Shown one piece after another: positions 62,016-64,000 of a stretch of DNA of 64,000 nucleotides. The stretch comes from Monocercomonoides exilis PA203. Taxonomy: Eukaryota > Protista > Preaxostyla. Every line of letters begins with the position of its first letter. Positions within the stretch are counted from its first letter, which is position 1. A model generated the notes under the pieces. That model made no database searches. It was not told where the DNA came from and saw only the letters and a list, made by a program, of their open reading frames with translations. A program made the position numbers and the translations under genes. The stretch spans positions 868,001 to 932,000 of the forward strand of contig LSRY02000034.1 in the NCBI GenBank assembly GCA_001643675.2, written 5' to 3'.

Positions 62016-64000
62016 CAGAATTGTTTCGATAAAGAAGTTTGCCTCGATGATAGGGAAACTGAATGCAACCAGATTCGTGAATCAAGAAGCCTCTCTGAAT
62101 TTGTCACAACTGTTCAAACTCCTAAATGAAGCTTTGAGTCTGAGCGGATGGAAAGGAAAAATGCGCGTGAATGCATCGATAACAAATTGCCTCAGGAAGT
62201 GGAGCGAAAGGCTGAAAGAGAACCAACCAAGGAGATTGAATCCAGTGTTTCGACCAGAAGCAATTCTATCGACAGATGCATCAGTGTTTGCCATTGGAGC
62301 AACACTAAAAGTCAACAATCAGATGATGGACTTTCACAAACGTCTTCCACCTCCAGTCATAAACCAAAGTTCAAATTACAGAGAGTTGTTTGCGATAAAT
62401 CAAGCCATCGCGCATTTCACAAATTCCATTCGAAATCAAGAAATAAGAAATCTGCTTATTCAATCAGACAACACAACAGCAGTTTACAATCTGAATCGAT
62501 GGGGAGCGGGTCCGAATCTCAGAAACCTTCTGAAGAAAATATGGAATCAAATCCAAGCGCTGAAAGTGGTTGTGAAAGCTCAACATATTCCCGGAGAGAG
62601 AAATGTCAGAGCAGATGGCCTATCGAGATTGGCAAAAGGAGGAGATTACGAAGTCGAACAAGAAGCACTCGAAGAGATCACCAATCAGCTTCAGATGCGC
62701 ATCACACTCGATGCCTTCGCAGCAAAAGAAAACATTAAATCAACGAGATGGTGCAGATCAGGAAGCAATTTAAGTCAAGACGGGTTACAAATTTCTTGGA
62801 GAAACGAGACAGTTCTTGCACATCCACCAGTTCCCTTGATTCCAGCAGTGATCCAAAAAGCAGCGATGGAGAAAGCTCGAGTTCTTCTTCTTCTTCCAGA
62901 TTGGAAGGGTCATATATGTGAACCTCTACTGAACAACACAAATTACATCTCTTGGACATGGAGGAGAACGGAGGAGACCATCAAGGAAAAAAGATGGATG
63001 AAGATAATGAACACAACGCTTCCTCCAGGAAGACTGAGGATCTGCCTAATCAATCCATAACAGAAAAGGGAGAATTGTGGTGGAACGAGATTCTGGCATC
63101 AAGAAGTATGTCACGTGAACTGGCCGAAGAGTGCAAAAACAGTGTCGCTTGTGCAACATGGATGGGATACACTCATGGTTTCGCACATTTCAAAGACGGA
63201 TGGGATCAGTTGAAATTCAAAGACGTCCCTTCAAAATTTCAGATTTGGCAGAAAAGATGCTTGGATGTGTTTGTCGCCTTGAAAAACAGCGGAATGAAAG
63301 CTTCTTCATTGAGAATTGTCAGATCGGCAATTTCCTTCCTAACATCAGTATTATACGGAAAATCACTGAAAGAGAACACCTTGATTTCAATCCTGTTAAG
63401 ATCATTCAGGAGATCTGAATGCAGAAAGAAAAAGAGACAAAGACGATATGTGGAACCCTCAACAGCTATTCACGTATATAGAAACGATTGGAAAGAACGA
63501 AAATTTGTCATTCTCACAGCTAACGAGGAAAACAATTTGTTTGTGCATGATGTTCTCTGCGTGCCGCTTCACAGAACTGGAAAGAATTAATCTCAAGGAA
63601 TCAGAAATAGATAAACAATCAATTAACCTAAATACATCACTGAAAACTGGACTTGAAAGAAGCAACATTGTCATCCCATTCCTCGACAATAAAAGTTTGA
63701 TATGACCAGCAACAGCCGTTTATGATCTCTGGGATCGAGTGAAAATTCACAATCCAACTTCCAATAAACAGTTTCTGAGCTCTTCAACATTTGATCCGAT
63801 GAAGGCCCGGGCAATTCGAAAAGCAACCAGTGAAATGATGAAAGACGCAAGAATCCCTTCGAACTACAGCCCATACACATTGAAACATGCCTCCATATCA
63901 GCCTTAACAATGGCAGGAACTCCAGTCGAACAGGTGGCAAAATTTGCAAGATAATCCCCCAGAAGCAGCACAGTGATAAAACATTATTTCAAATCAAACA

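Larger units (their letters stand above)
61003..64000 (+). mobile_element. DIRS-type tyrosine-recombinase retrotransposon, 5'-truncated and decayed: RT C-terminus, RNase H, methyltransferase-like domain, overlapping YR ORF
   Basis: LGFQWD (RT). RNase H: STDAS..IGA, SSNYRELFAI, QSDNTTAV, HIPGERNVRADGLSR. MT-like: LDAFA..AHPPVPLI. YR: FSACRFTEL, LKT, YTLKHASIS, KHY, with a frameshift and stops. Runs off the window end. Confidence 0.92.

Noticed and set aside
1-64000. Genome-wide stop-codon reassignment explaining the in-frame stops
   Set aside because: The interrupting stops include TAA, TAG and TGA. Long genes stay open in the standard code and end in TAA or TGA, so pseudogenisation is the simpler explanation.

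Overview
AT-rich eukaryotic DNA with short GT-AG introns, standard genetic code and extreme poly-Ser/poly-Glu coding tracts. Gene style, DIRS elements and Pmp-like beta-helix fragments suggest a metamonad protist such as the oxymonad Monocercomonoides; this is an inference. Recognisable host genes: a ~3200-aa UIM-containing USP deubiquitinase, a Pho80/cyclin-U-like cyclin, a WDR78/DNAI4-like dynein intermediate chain, a degenerate eIF4A-like helicase, a broken CLC channel and several ARM-like unknowns, many of them pseudogenised. Mobile DNA is abundant and repeatedly nested. (1) An intron-containing DDE-type transposase gene has a USP (C19) peptidase domain inserted in it, plus a MITE in one intron. 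(2) A 4.66-kb transposase-less TIR element carrying gene fragments sits inside the left TIR of a foldback MITE. (3) A Tc1/IS630-type element has ~180-bp TIRs. (4) A Merlin/IS1595 transposase relic follows it. (5) A DIRS retrotransposon is split by a Merlin-type MITE, which is itself split by a TA-targeting MITE. The window opens with an intronless protein of 19 30-aa ankyrin-like repeats whose variation is confined to a few fixed positions. The best novelty candidates are the USP-transposase fusion, the variable-residue repeat protein and the cargo-carrying TIR element.
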